Assembly: GCA_964347335.1 (NCBI GenBank)
Contig: CAYFYO010000002.1
Coordinates: forward strand, 4,911 to 68,910
DNA: 64,000 bases
Direction: 5' to 3'
DNA from: an uncultured Thermodesulfobacteriota bacterium
GTDB taxonomy: Bacteria; Desulfobacterota; BSN033; WVXP01
Shown here: piece after piece, positions 8,659 to 17,341 of the stretch
How the letters are laid out: each line of letters starts with the position of its first letter
Position numbering within the stretch: position 1 is the stretch's first letter
The notes under the pieces: generated by a model
Seen by the model: only the letters and a program-made list of their open reading frames with translations
Database searches by the model: none
Told to the model about the DNA's origin: nothing
Translations under genes and position numbers: made by a program

Positions 8659-9669
8659 ATGAATGATCCATTGAACAAGGACGAAGTTCTGGCTTTCCTC
8701 AAACAATGTCAGCTCCTTGACTCTCTTCCAGACGAAAACCTCGGCCAGATCGTCGAGAAGTGTACCCTTGAAACTTACGGACCAGGCTCAGTGATTTTTG
8801 ATATCCAGGATCCCTCCGACAAGCTCTACATCATCAAATCAGGGGTTGTCGAGATCTCCCGAACCGGTCCAAAGACCCAGAAAATGGAGGTTGTCGCCTA
8901 TCTTGGAGAGCGGGAAATGATCGGCGAGATGGCCATTTTGACGGGTTCGCCTCGCGGCTCAATGGCACGTGTCCCGGAAAAGGCCGAACTGTTTGTCCTG
9001 TCCCGGAAGGCTTTTGTGGGTCTCTTGGGGAAGATTCCCCTTCTGACGGTTCGGCTCGCTACCATACTGGCAAAGAGACTCGAAGCATGGATTCGAAAGG
9101 AGAGACTGCAGATCAAGGGACAGGAACTTTCCGGAAGTCTCGAGTACTTCGATGCCTCGACACTGATTCAGACGCTGGCTCAAAGTGATCGGACTGGACT
9201 CCTAACGATCGTTGATAAGAACAACGAACCGGTAGGAGAAATATATATTGAAAAAGGAGGGGTCCGCGCGGCCAAGCTCGGTCACCTGAGAGGGGTCGAG
9301 GCATTCTATCAGGTCTTTCAATCTGTCAGCGGCGAAGCTTTTACGTTCAAGGTTGGAGAATTTGAAGCGATGCAGCAGGAAGAAAGGATTCCCTTTCGAA
9401 CCATTGCGCTCGTATTTGAGGCAAACCGGCTTCGAGACGAACTCAATAAACTCAAGCAAGAGATCCCGGACGCCAACAAGGTGTTTGTCCCGAAAGCCCA
9501 GGGATTCTCTTGGAAAGACAAGGAGACATCGCCACTGGCAAAAGAGATCTGGGATCTCATTCGTCAGGGCAAGTCTTTGAGTTTCATTCTCGAAAATGTA
9601 ATGGCATCCCATTCTTCAGTTTATAGCATCATATCTGAGATGCTCAAACAGGGCCAGATCAGCTCCTGA
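8659..9669 (+). CDS. cyclic-nucleotide-binding domain protein with C-terminal DUF4388 domain
   Basis: N-terminal Crp-like cNMP-binding beta-barrel (GSVIFDIQDPSDKLYIIKSGVVEI...GEMAIL). Followed by an LEYFDASTLIQTLAQSDRTGLLTI DUF4388-like segment. ATG at 8659 is preceded by GGGGGA. The ORF-track N-terminal extension is made of repeat copy B. Confidence 0.65.
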   Translation: MNDPLNKDEVLAFLKQCQLLDSLPDENLGQIVEKCTLETYGPGSVIFDIQDPSDKLYIIKSGVVEISRTGPKTQKMEVVAYLGEREMIGEMAILTGSPRGSMARVPEKAELFVLSRKAFVGLLGKIPLLTVRLATILAKRLEAWIRKERLQIKGQELSGSLEYFDASTLIQTLAQSDRTGLLTIVDKNNEPVGEIYIEKGGVRAAKLGHLRGVEAFYQVFQSVSGEAFTFKVGEFEAMQQEERIPFRTIALVFEANRLRDELNKLKQEIPDANKVFVPKAQGFSWKDKETSPLAKEIWDLIRQGKSLSFILENVMASHSSVYSIISEMLKQGQISS

Positions 9670-9863
9670 AAACGAGCAGCCTGAAGGGGCTCGCCTCGAC
9701 GGCTCTCTGCGAAAAACCCCCGTGATCCGGGTGCTGCCTCTCGATCTGTCCACTCCGTCTTTTTTTCTAAAAGCTAGAGAACGCCCAGGTGCGCAGGTAT
9801 TCGTCTCCATAGTGAAACGATCTCCATGGGTCGCCTGGGGCACGCCGAAACGAGAATGACCAG

Positions 9864-10391
9864 GTGATTGAATTGAGACGTTATCTCCCCTCTTACGACA
9901 CGTGTTTTGTCTGTGGGAAAAAGAACCCGATAGGATTAAGATTGTGCCTGTATGTCGAGAATGGTCAGGTGAAGGCCGAATTCAGGCCTAGGGAGGAACT
10001 GTGTGGATTCTCTGGAATCCTCCACGGGGGGATCGTCTCATGCGTGGTCGATGAGGGCCTCTGGTGGTCCTCAGCTGTTGCATCCGGAAGGCTTGTGGTG
10101 ACCAAAGATTTGAGAGTCAACTACATCCGGCCTTTGACCCTCCGAAAGACGTATATCGTGGAAGCAGACCCCGCTCGAGCTGACGGAGAGTTTTACGTGT
10201 GTAAAGGAAGAATCACTGATCGAGCCGGTTCGACTTGCGCCGAGGGAGAAGGCACCTATTTTCCACTCAGATGGGGAAAGAACCGAAATCCCGATGAAAT
10301 CCTCTCGTACGTCGACGAAAACGGGGATCCCCTCCCCGAGGGTAACATCTATCAATTTGAAATCAGGGAAACGACGGGGACCGAGGAATAG
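9864..10391 (+). CDS. PaaI/4HBT-family hotdog thioesterase
   Basis: CFVCGKKNPIGLRL...LHGGIVS...D is the PaaI thioesterase signature. GTG start. Stop is TAG. Confidence 0.7.
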   Translation: MIELRRYLPSYDTCFVCGKKNPIGLRLCLYVENGQVKAEFRPREELCGFSGILHGGIVSCVVDEGLWWSSAVASGRLVVTKDLRVNYIRPLTLRKTYIVEADPARADGEFYVCKGRITDRAGSTCAEGEGTYFPLRWGKNRNPDEILSYVDENGDPLPEGNIYQFEIRETTGTEE

Positions 10392-10526
10392 GTCGTGATT
10401 GCCCTATCGAGGCTGCTGGCACAATAGCGAACGGAGGACGAAAGCCTCTTCCGATTATGAAGGAGGGAAAAAGACCAGCATATACCATCGTGAGGCGTGG
10501 CGCCTGTGGGCCAAGACAAGAGACTT

Positions 10527-10688
10527 TCAAGAATCGGGAGGCACTTCTTTCAAGTCCTTAACCCTGTGCTCGAGTCCTTCGGCGCATTTCAGGAAGAGCA
10601 AGAGGACCTCCAAATCCTCGTCAGAGGCTACATAGACCTCGCAATGTCTTTCTGTTGATGGGTCAGTAATCTTGACCGCATAACGCAT
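10527..10688 (-). CDS. small hypothetical protein (53 aa) missed by the 60-aa ORF cutoff
   Basis: ATG at 10688 has GGAG 8 nt upstream. Translation is MRYAVKITDPSTERHCEVYVASDEDLEVLLLFLKCAEGLEHRVKDLKEVPPDS. There is weak resemblance to N-terminal HicB-like antitoxin folds. Confidence 0.3.
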   Translation of the reverse strand: MRYAVKITDPSTERHCEVYVASDEDLEVLLLFLKCAEGLEHRVKDLKEVPPDS

Positions 10689-10898
10689 AGGCTAACTCCT
10701 ATCTGTTCATACCCCTGTTTTGTGAGGGACAACTGTCCTTATTTGGAAAAACCGTTTCTCAACGCAAAACCAACCGCCTCGGTTTCCGATCACCCCCTTA
10801 TTCTAGCCGGACTTATGGCTAAAGTCTATTGACCTGTGAGAGGAGTTTCCTCAGTTTTGTGGACGCTCATGTCCGTGAGGGACGTTTGCAGAAGCGTT

Positions 10899-11025
10899 GG
10901 GGACCCATCGAGGGTGAGCAGGAAGGGGAAAACCCCGCCTTCAGAGCGGGGAAGGGGCAAGTATTCCCCACCTGCGAACCCCGAAGGGGTCAACGCGAGA
11001 GCAAGGGAGCGAAGGGATATGAGCG
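10899..11025 (+). repeat. about 130-bp structured dispersed repeat, copy 1
   Basis: Inverted copy of 12985-13111 (about 85% identity). Contains a hairpin CCCCGC-CTTCAGA-GCGGGG flanked by GAAGGGG on both sides, and ACCCC-GAA-GGGGT. Confidence 0.8.
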
Positions 11026-11132
11026 TTCCATCTAAAGATCCAAGATTCTCTTGAAGCATCAAGAAGTTATAAATTTCTTGCTTTGAAACCCCAGGCAACT
11101 CCTCACCTGTGAAGCAGGCTGGAGCATTTCTT

Positions 11133-11618
11133 CTAGTGCGCCTTTTCCGTGTGACGCTCCCTGGTGAGCCCCGGGTGAAGTCTGGGGCCAAGTTCCTCGT
11201 CGAGGGCCGGTTTCCAAATAGAGACCTTGATTTCGTCCTGATACCGATGCACCGTATAACTCAGGCTCACAGACACCATCAAGTAGCCCCGCTCAAATCC
11301 CTCTTCATCTGTGATTTTGATCGCCGAACGGTATCCCCTGATCCTCCTCTGAATTTCGGCGACGTACGGTCCGGGTCGGTCCATGCCAACCCTTTCAGTT
11401 CTATCGGTATGGCGCATATAAACCCGTTTTCCATCGTTTGGGATGTCTAAGAGAACGGCATACATGTCAGGCGTGAAACTGTAAACGTAGATCTCGTATT
11501 CCCTATCTGGAATCTCGGCCACATTGACCCGCTCGGATGGGATATAGCGGTAACATCCCAAAAGAAGAACCAAGAAAAGGGGCACAGAGGCGACCTGTAA
11601 ACATCTTTGTATCTTCAT
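11133..11618 (-). CDS. hypothetical lipoprotein
   Basis: Signal peptide with lipobox LLLGCY. 161 aa with no family recognised. Stop is TAG. Confidence 0.5.
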   Translation of the reverse strand: MKIQRCLQVASVPLFLVLLLGCYRYIPSERVNVAEIPDREYEIYVYSFTPDMYAVLLDIPNDGKRVYMRHTDRTERVGMDRPGPYVAEIQRRIRGYRSAIKITDEEGFERGYLMVSVSLSYTVHRYQDEIKVSIWKPALDEELGPRLHPGLTRERHTEKAH

Positions 11619-11832
11619 CAGACAATCCCCTTCTCAGCCCGCTCTTTTATTATACACCGCAATTTCTCAGAAAGCCGTTCTTATCCATTCGGGATTTTAC
11701 TACGATAAGCTTTGAAGGGATTCCTGCCCGAAAGGAGAACTGGGCGGTTGGCCTCAAATGTATGATGGGAGTGAGGAGGTTGGACTAAAATCGATTAGGG
11801 GCGGGATCTTTTATGAAGGTGGAAGCATCTCC

Positions 11833-12291
11833 TCAAGCCCCTTCGAATCGTATAGCCATTCCCCGAATGTATATCCTCTCTTCCTCAATCGTCACGGGGG
11901 CAGGATAGATCCGATAATCCGTGGCAGCTCCGCCTGAGACATCGTGTCTTACACCGGCCCTCCCGACTTCCAAGACCGTTTCGCCGGCTTCGACAACGAT
12001 AACCCCTTGGGCACCGATCTGACGAACAGCTTCGAGAAGACGTTTTTCCAGTGAATCCTTTTCTTCGCCAAGCCTTCCAACGATCAGCACCTCGCCAATC
12101 ACCCGATGCGGCTGCCCTAGACCACTTTGATATAGCCTGGCCTCCTCGGCCTCTGGGAAGGTTTCGTCAGTTGTGGGGTTAAACGTGAAATCTTTCATCT
12201 GACTCATCGAGGCGCAACCCCAGATGAGTAAACCCACCCACACACAAGTCCATTTGGAGAGGGAACGGTGAATGGAAGGACCAGTAAACAT
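11833..12291 (-). CDS. hypothetical lipoprotein
   Basis: Signal peptide with lipobox LIWGCAS. 152 aa. Confidence 0.5.
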   Translation of the reverse strand: MFTGPSIHRSLSKWTCVWVGLLIWGCASMSQMKDFTFNPTTDETFPEAEEARLYQSGLGQPHRVIGEVLIVGRLGEEKDSLEKRLLEAVRQIGAQGVIVVEAGETVLEVGRAGVRHDVSGGAATDYRIYPAPVTIEEERIYIRGMAIRFEGA

Positions 12292-12540
12292 AAAGCGTGT
12301 CCTTTCGGGTCATGGAAGGGTTTCCCTCCGTCGAACTGGGAAACACCTCATCACTGCTTCTCTTTTTGATTCTTTGAACCTCTCCTATAACAATATCCTC
12401 TATTTCTTCGCTCTTGTAAAGGGTTTGCAAAGTACCGTCTCTCAGTTGTTCGCTCCAGCTTCGCTTCGAAGACCCGCTTTCGGGCAAGGGCACGTTTTTT
12501 GCAAACCCCCTCCGGTGAATCCTACCCCTGGGGGATTGCC

Positions 12541-12879
12541 ATGAAGAACACCGGATGGATTGTCGGATTGATCCTCTTCACCTCTGTCTCCATAACATTT
12601 GCCGCCGACCTTGAATTCACGGAAGGCAACAATTTCGTCGAGAACGGATCCTTCTTGGTCATGGGTTTTCTCAAAAATACTTCCGACCACACGATAAAAG
12701 ATATTCGCATCACTGTGAAGTACTACGACAATGGGGGGAATTTTCTCCGATTTGAAACGACCCACGCCAATCCTTCACTGCTCCACCCAGGAGAAGAGGC
12801 AAGCTACCGGATAGCCATTCCAGAAGACAAGCGGATCGCTTCGATCAAGAAAACGGCCAGAGGCCAGCCCCAGGAGTAA
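12541..12879 (+). CDS. small secreted protein (beta-sandwich-like)
   Basis: MKNTGWIVGLILFTSVSITFA is a signal peptide. 112 aa. Confidence 0.45.
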   Translation: MKNTGWIVGLILFTSVSITFAADLEFTEGNNFVENGSFLVMGFLKNTSDHTIKDIRITVKYYDNGGNFLRFETTHANPSLLHPGEEASYRIAIPEDKRIASIKKTARGQPQE

Positions 12880-12984
12880 ATCCGAGGAAGGACGTCCATA
12901 ACATTTGGGGAGTCCCCCATTTCCCGAAGGATATTTCTCAGAAGTTAAGGATTTCTGTGATTATTTCGGAGTTCTCAAATGGGA

Positions 12985-13111
12985 GCCCACTCTCCCCTCG
13001 CTCCCAAGCTCTCGCGGTGACCCAATCGAGGTTCGCAGGCGAGGAATACCTGCCCCTTCCGCGCTCTAAAGGCGCGGCTTTCCCCTTCCTGATCATCCTC
13101 GAAGGGTCCCC
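12985..13111 (-). repeat. about 130-bp structured dispersed repeat, copy 2 (inverted relative to copy 1)
   Basis: Its reverse complement aligns to 10899-11025. The hairpin is CCGCGC-CTTTAGA-GCGCGG, with compensatory C>G / G>C changes relative to copy 1. Confidence 0.8.
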
Positions 13112-13256
13112 ACCGCTTCCGCTACGTCGCTCAGAGACAGCAGGCTCCCCCAAAAATGGGGGAATCCCTCATAACATTCCCATTGTCAAAAAGCGCCGGT
13201 GCCGATATAGTATCGGCGCTTTTCATTACTGCGGACGCCGTAAGATCAGCCGACGG

Positions 13257-13910
13257 ATGAAAGATCCACAGATTCACGAGGCCGTTCGAATGCTTCGCCG
13301 TGCGGTCAGGCAGTGGGAAGACCCGGCGGTCACCCAAGTCGCCCAAAAGAGAGACCCCTATTTGGTTCTCGTCTCATGTATCCTCAGTCTGAGAACTCAG
13401 GATGAAACAACCCACCAAGCTTCAAAGCGCCTCTTCGACCTTGCCAGACGGCCCGAGGAGATGATCAGGCTCTCGCCTGAACAGATAGAAAGGGCGATCT
13501 ATCCTGTTGGATTCTATCGTAACAAGGCCAGAACGATTCTCCATATCTCAAGGACCCTCATTGAGGAATATCAGGGCAGCGTGCCTGACGAAATCGATGA
13601 AATCATGAAACTGAAGGGGGTGGGGAGGAAAACCGCCAATCTCGTCATCACCCTTGGATACAATAAGCCCGGCATCTGCGTCGACACCCATGTGCATCGA
13701 ATTGTCAACCGCTGGGGATACGTCGCCACAAAGACTCCTGAGCAGACTGAGTTCGCCTTGAGGAAAAAGCTGCCTGCCGAATACTGGATCGAAATCAACG
13801 ACATGCTGGTCTCTTTCGGTCAGAGAGTTTGCCGTCCAATCAGCCCCAAATGTAGCACATGTCCCCTCGCCGTGCATTGTAACCGGGTGGGAGTCACAAG
13901 GAGCCGTTGA
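13257..13910 (+). CDS. nth: endonuclease III (DNA-(apurinic or apyrimidinic site) lyase Nth)
   Basis: HhH-GPD motif LKGVGRKTANLV and a C-terminal 4Fe-4S cluster loop (CxxxxxxCxxCxxxxxC, CRPISPKCSTCPLAVHC). The upstream part of the track ORF is repeat-derived. Confidence 0.85.
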   Translation: MKDPQIHEAVRMLRRAVRQWEDPAVTQVAQKRDPYLVLVSCILSLRTQDETTHQASKRLFDLARRPEEMIRLSPEQIERAIYPVGFYRNKARTILHISRTLIEEYQGSVPDEIDEIMKLKGVGRKTANLVITLGYNKPGICVDTHVHRIVNRWGYVATKTPEQTEFALRKKLPAEYWIEINDMLVSFGQRVCRPISPKCSTCPLAVHCNRVGVTRSR

Positions 13911-14151
13911 CCAACCAAGGAATCAATCCCGCTCTCGAATCGGGCCCTCTTGTCCCTTCGCACCCCTTCTCTGGCGGTGACACGATTTGGGCCGTTTTCG
14001 GAATTCTTCCGCAGATGTCTCTCAGGGGCGAGGGCATACACAAAATTGCAATGCGTCTCCTGATCAATGCTTGCAAAGGGTTCTCGATGCCTGGTACCAT
14101 CAAGGACGACCCAAGAGCCCTCCCTGTGCACAATTCTCAGGATCTTCGGAC

Positions 14152-14904
14152 ATGGCAAAGATACTCGAAAACACATCCCTCAAGGGGAAAAGACAGGTAT
14201 TCAAGGACAGGACTGATGCCGGACGGCAGTTAGTCCCTCTCCTCCAGAGGGAAGTCGGCGGGAAAGCCCTGGTACTGGCAATCCCATCCGGAGGTGTTCC
14301 CGTTGGGCTCGAGATTGCTCACGCCATGTCTATCCCCTTTGACATGATCATCGTTCGGAAGGTCCCCATTCCCGGGAATCCGGAGGCCGGATTTGGAGCC
14401 GTCACCCTGGATGGTGACGTTTTTCTCAATGAATCTTTGGTCGGGACATTGGGATTGACACCCTCCCAAATCGACGCATCCATAGCGCGTGTTCGAGAAA
14501 AGGTAGAAATAAGGAATCGACTCTTCCGGCAGAACAAGCCACCCGCCCCCATCCGGGGTAGCACGGCGATTCTCGTCGATGATGGCCTTGCATCCGGCTA
14601 CACCATGATGGCATCGATCGAATCGGTCCGGAGAGCCAACGCCAAAGAGATACTTGTCGCCGTCCCCACGGCACCCATGCACTCGATTCAAAAAATCGCT
14701 CCGCTCGTGGACACGATCATCTGCCTCAACATTCGAGAAGGACCCTATTTCGCGGTCGCTGAGGCGTATGACAATTGGTATGACCTATCTGAGGATGAAG
14801 TACTGAAACGTCTAAGTCAAGTTAGCATTCAGGGATCTGCGAAAAGCTATCAGCAGAATGGGACAGAGGATCCAGCACTGAAGCGCGACAGGGATAATAA
14901 TTAA
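14152..14904 (+). CDS. phosphoribosyltransferase-domain protein
   Basis: PRPP-binding motif ILVDDGLASGYTM (type I PRTase). 250 aa. Confidence 0.55.
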   Translation: MAKILENTSLKGKRQVFKDRTDAGRQLVPLLQREVGGKALVLAIPSGGVPVGLEIAHAMSIPFDMIIVRKVPIPGNPEAGFGAVTLDGDVFLNESLVGTLGLTPSQIDASIARVREKVEIRNRLFRQNKPPAPIRGSTAILVDDGLASGYTMMASIESVRRANAKEILVAVPTAPMHSIQKIAPLVDTIICLNIREGPYFAVAEAYDNWYDLSEDEVLKRLSQVSIQGSAKSYQQNGTEDPALKRDRDNN

Positions 14905-15057
14905 GCATTCTCAGAGGTTTCTCAGCCTATGATCCACTTATTCCTCATGTGACTCAGGGAGAATACCTTCTGTTAGGGTCCGTTGGAAAGCTGGACGCCG
15001 ACAGCTGAAAGCTAAATGCCTATAAAGAATAAACCCTGACCATGGAGAGAGAAAAGA

Positions 15058-16218
15058 ATGAACACAGGTATCCCACCTGAACATGAGCGACCTGAAGCAG
15101 ATCTGGCCTTTCCTGTCCCAGACTATCGTTTCGATCAGAAGAACGAAATGTTCAAACGAAGTGTCTGGGATGAAAAGATGCAGCCCCATGCGGAACGCTT
15201 CTATCGGGAGGTAAAGTACCAGCACACGGTGGGGTATCGAAAGCTTGACTATGCTTTTCGCAATGCCGCATGGAACCTGGAGTGGGGTTTCGGCTTCGCA
15301 AACTCCCGCAGTAACTCTGGGCTCTATTCATGGGACGGTGTCCCGGCCAAAATTCGACATTTCGTGGAAGCCGGGGATCCGGTCAAGGATTCGCCAGAGG
15401 AGATGAGCCGCATTATCAAAAAGGTCGTCAAGTTCCTGGGAGCCGATCTGGTGGGTATCTGCCGGCTCCATCCAAACTGGGTCTATTCTCATGAATTCAA
15501 CCTGATCACTGGAGAGCACTATCCGATTGAAGTCCCTGAGGGATACCATCACGCCATTGTGATGGCGATTGAAATGGACTATGGTGCAATTCGTTCTTCT
15601 CCCACGGGCGTCGCAGGAGCTGCAACGGGACTTGGATATTCCAAGATGGCCTTCATCGCAAACCTCGTGGCCGCATTGATTCGAGGAATGGGTTACCGGG
15701 CGATTCCGGCCGGGAACGACACGGCCCTCAGCATTCCGCTCGCCATGGCCGCAGGACTGGGGGAGTGGAGCCGAATGGGGCTTCTCATTACCGAGAAATT
15801 CGGTCCGAGAGTGCGACTCTGCAAGGTCCTTACGGACCTTCCCCTGATGCGCGATTCCTACCAGGCCTTCGGAGCTGTCGAATTCTGTCAGACCTGTAAG
15901 AAGTGCGCCATACACTGTCCTTCCCAGGCTATCCCCCACGGAGAGATGACCGCAGAGGGCCCAAATTTCTCCAATCATTCTGGTGTCTTGAAATGGTACG
16001 TTGACGCAGAAAAGTGCTTTTCCTTCTGGGCCAAAAACCGGCTGGACTGCGCCACCTGTATCCGAGTCTGCCCCTTTAACAAAGCGCGAGGGGCAATTCA
16101 TGATGCCGTTCGCAGCGTGGTCCGGAAGACGGCCCTTTTTAACCGTTATTTCGTCTGGATGGACAGCGCTCTGGGATATGATAAGCCTTACCCTGCAAGG
16201 AGATTCTGGAATGAGTGA
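15058..16218 (+). CDS. reductive dehalogenase (RdhA)/QueG-superfamily Fe-S protein, no Tat signal
   Basis: Two C-terminal 4Fe-4S motifs, FCQTCKKCAIHCP and CATCIRVCPFNK. An RdhA-like KFLGADLVGICRLHPNWVYS block. 386 aa with no twin-arginine leader. Confidence 0.6.
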   Translation: MNTGIPPEHERPEADLAFPVPDYRFDQKNEMFKRSVWDEKMQPHAERFYREVKYQHTVGYRKLDYAFRNAAWNLEWGFGFANSRSNSGLYSWDGVPAKIRHFVEAGDPVKDSPEEMSRIIKKVVKFLGADLVGICRLHPNWVYSHEFNLITGEHYPIEVPEGYHHAIVMAIEMDYGAIRSSPTGVAGAATGLGYSKMAFIANLVAALIRGMGYRAIPAGNDTALSIPLAMAAGLGEWSRMGLLITEKFGPRVRLCKVLTDLPLMRDSYQAFGAVEFCQTCKKCAIHCPSQAIPHGEMTAEGPNFSNHSGVLKWYVDAEKCFSFWAKNRLDCATCIRVCPFNKARGAIHDAVRSVVRKTALFNRYFVWMDSALGYDKPYPARRFWNE

Positions 16219-16350
16219 ACTCATTCCTGCCGTCAAGTGAAGCGCAAGAACGATATCGAGGCGGCTCGGGTATTTAGACTAGAGGGACTGTGCTTTTGAG
16301 TTTTTTCGAACGGACCGCCTAAGGGTTTCATCAAAGAGGGGAGGCAAGCC

Positions 16351-17331
16351 ATGTTTGACGTTGTCGCATTGGGGGAGGCGATGCTTCGCCTCGTACCTCC
16401 GAATTATCAGCGGTTGGAGCAGACGGACAGCTTCAATGTGACCATCGGTGGTGCAGAACTAAGTGTGGCCACCAATGTGAGCCGTCTTGGCCTTCGTTCT
16501 GCCTGGGTTTCGAAACTGCCCACCAATCCCATGGGGCGCATGATCGCCAACAAGGCCAGGGAACAGGGGGTGGACACCTCCCACATCGTCTGGACAAAAG
16601 AAGGAAGGGCGGGTCTTTATTTTGTAGAATTCGGGAGCACTCCCAGAGCGACGTCGGTCATTTATGATCGGGGGGGGTCTGCAGCCAGCATGCTTGGTCC
16701 CGGCGAAATCAACTGGAACGAAATCCTCAAAGGAACGAGGATCTTTCACACCTCTGGGATAACGCCTGCCCTGAGCCCGGGTTGTCGTGAGGCGACAGTA
16801 GAGGCCATCGAAAAGGCCAGAGCAGCCGGCTGCAAGACGAGTTTCGATCTCAACTACCGGGCAAAGCTCTGGTCTGCGGCCGATGCCAAGGCATGTTTTG
16901 AGAGGATTCTCGACAAGGTCGACATCGTCATTACGACCCAGTTTGATGCCGAAGAGGTGCTCGGATACACAGGGGATTATGAGGACATTGCGAAGCAGTT
17001 TTCAGACAATTTTGGCATTCCCATTGTGGCCATTACCCTGAGAGGGGTAAAGACCGTACTGACCGGCACCTGGACGAGTCTGGTCTATGCGGAGGGAGAG
17101 ATCTACCGGGATGATGTGGCTGAAATTGATATTGTCGATCGGTTTGGCGCGGGAGACTCATTCACGGCGGGTTTTATTTATGGCTATTTGCAGGAGGGAG
17201 TCGAGCAGGGTTTGAAGATCGGCGATGCCATGGCAGCCATCAAGCACTCGATTCCGGGTGACATTAACTGGATTACTATGGAAGACATTCAGAAGTTTCT
17301 CAAGAGCAAGGATTTTCGGGTCCAAAGGTGA
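16351..17331 (+). CDS. kdgK: PfkB-family sugar kinase, likely 2-dehydro-3-deoxygluconokinase
   Basis: Ribokinase-fold motifs GGAELSVA and DRFGAGDSFTAGF. Adjacent to eda. Confidence 0.75.
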   Translation: MFDVVALGEAMLRLVPPNYQRLEQTDSFNVTIGGAELSVATNVSRLGLRSAWVSKLPTNPMGRMIANKAREQGVDTSHIVWTKEGRAGLYFVEFGSTPRATSVIYDRGGSAASMLGPGEINWNEILKGTRIFHTSGITPALSPGCREATVEAIEKARAAGCKTSFDLNYRAKLWSAADAKACFERILDKVDIVITTQFDAEEVLGYTGDYEDIAKQFSDNFGIPIVAITLRGVKTVLTGTWTSLVYAEGEIYRDDVAEIDIVDRFGAGDSFTAGFIYGYLQEGVEQGLKIGDAMAAIKHSIPGDINWITMEDIQKFLKSKDFRVQR

Positions 17332-17341
17332 GGAGGAACCC

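Noticed and set aside
10392-10835. HicA-like toxin partner for the 53-aa HicB-like small ORF.
   Set aside because: Translation of both flanks in all frames gives no HicA-like (GSHxxxxHP) peptide. The small ORF is therefore left as an orphan hypothetical.
10826-11191. Track ORFs 10826-11191 (-), 10836-11054 (+), 12938-13153 (-) and the N-terminal 100 codons of 12957-13910 (+), which share peptide strings such as FAGGEYLPLPRS.
   Set aside because: The shared peptides arise because all of them read through copies of the same 130-bp repeat. Reading frames and strands differ between copies, so the conservation is at nucleotide/structure level and not protein level.
15058-16218. Calling the Fe-S protein epoxyqueuosine reductase QueG.
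   Set aside because: Its size and the two Cys motifs fit QueG as well. However, the GADLVGI...WVYS block and overall pattern look more RdhA-like. This is left as superfamily-level with both options stated, and it needs a profile search.
15328-16236. 302-aa ORF on the minus strand overlapping the RdhA-like gene. Other long antisense ORFs of the same kind are 2378-3151, 4580-5053, 20140-20808, 22908-23676, 24004-24519 and 48180-48848.
   Set aside because: They lie entirely inside, and antisense to, well-supported genes with recognisable families, in a ~56% GC genome where long spurious antisense frames are expected. They have no RBS and no family signal.
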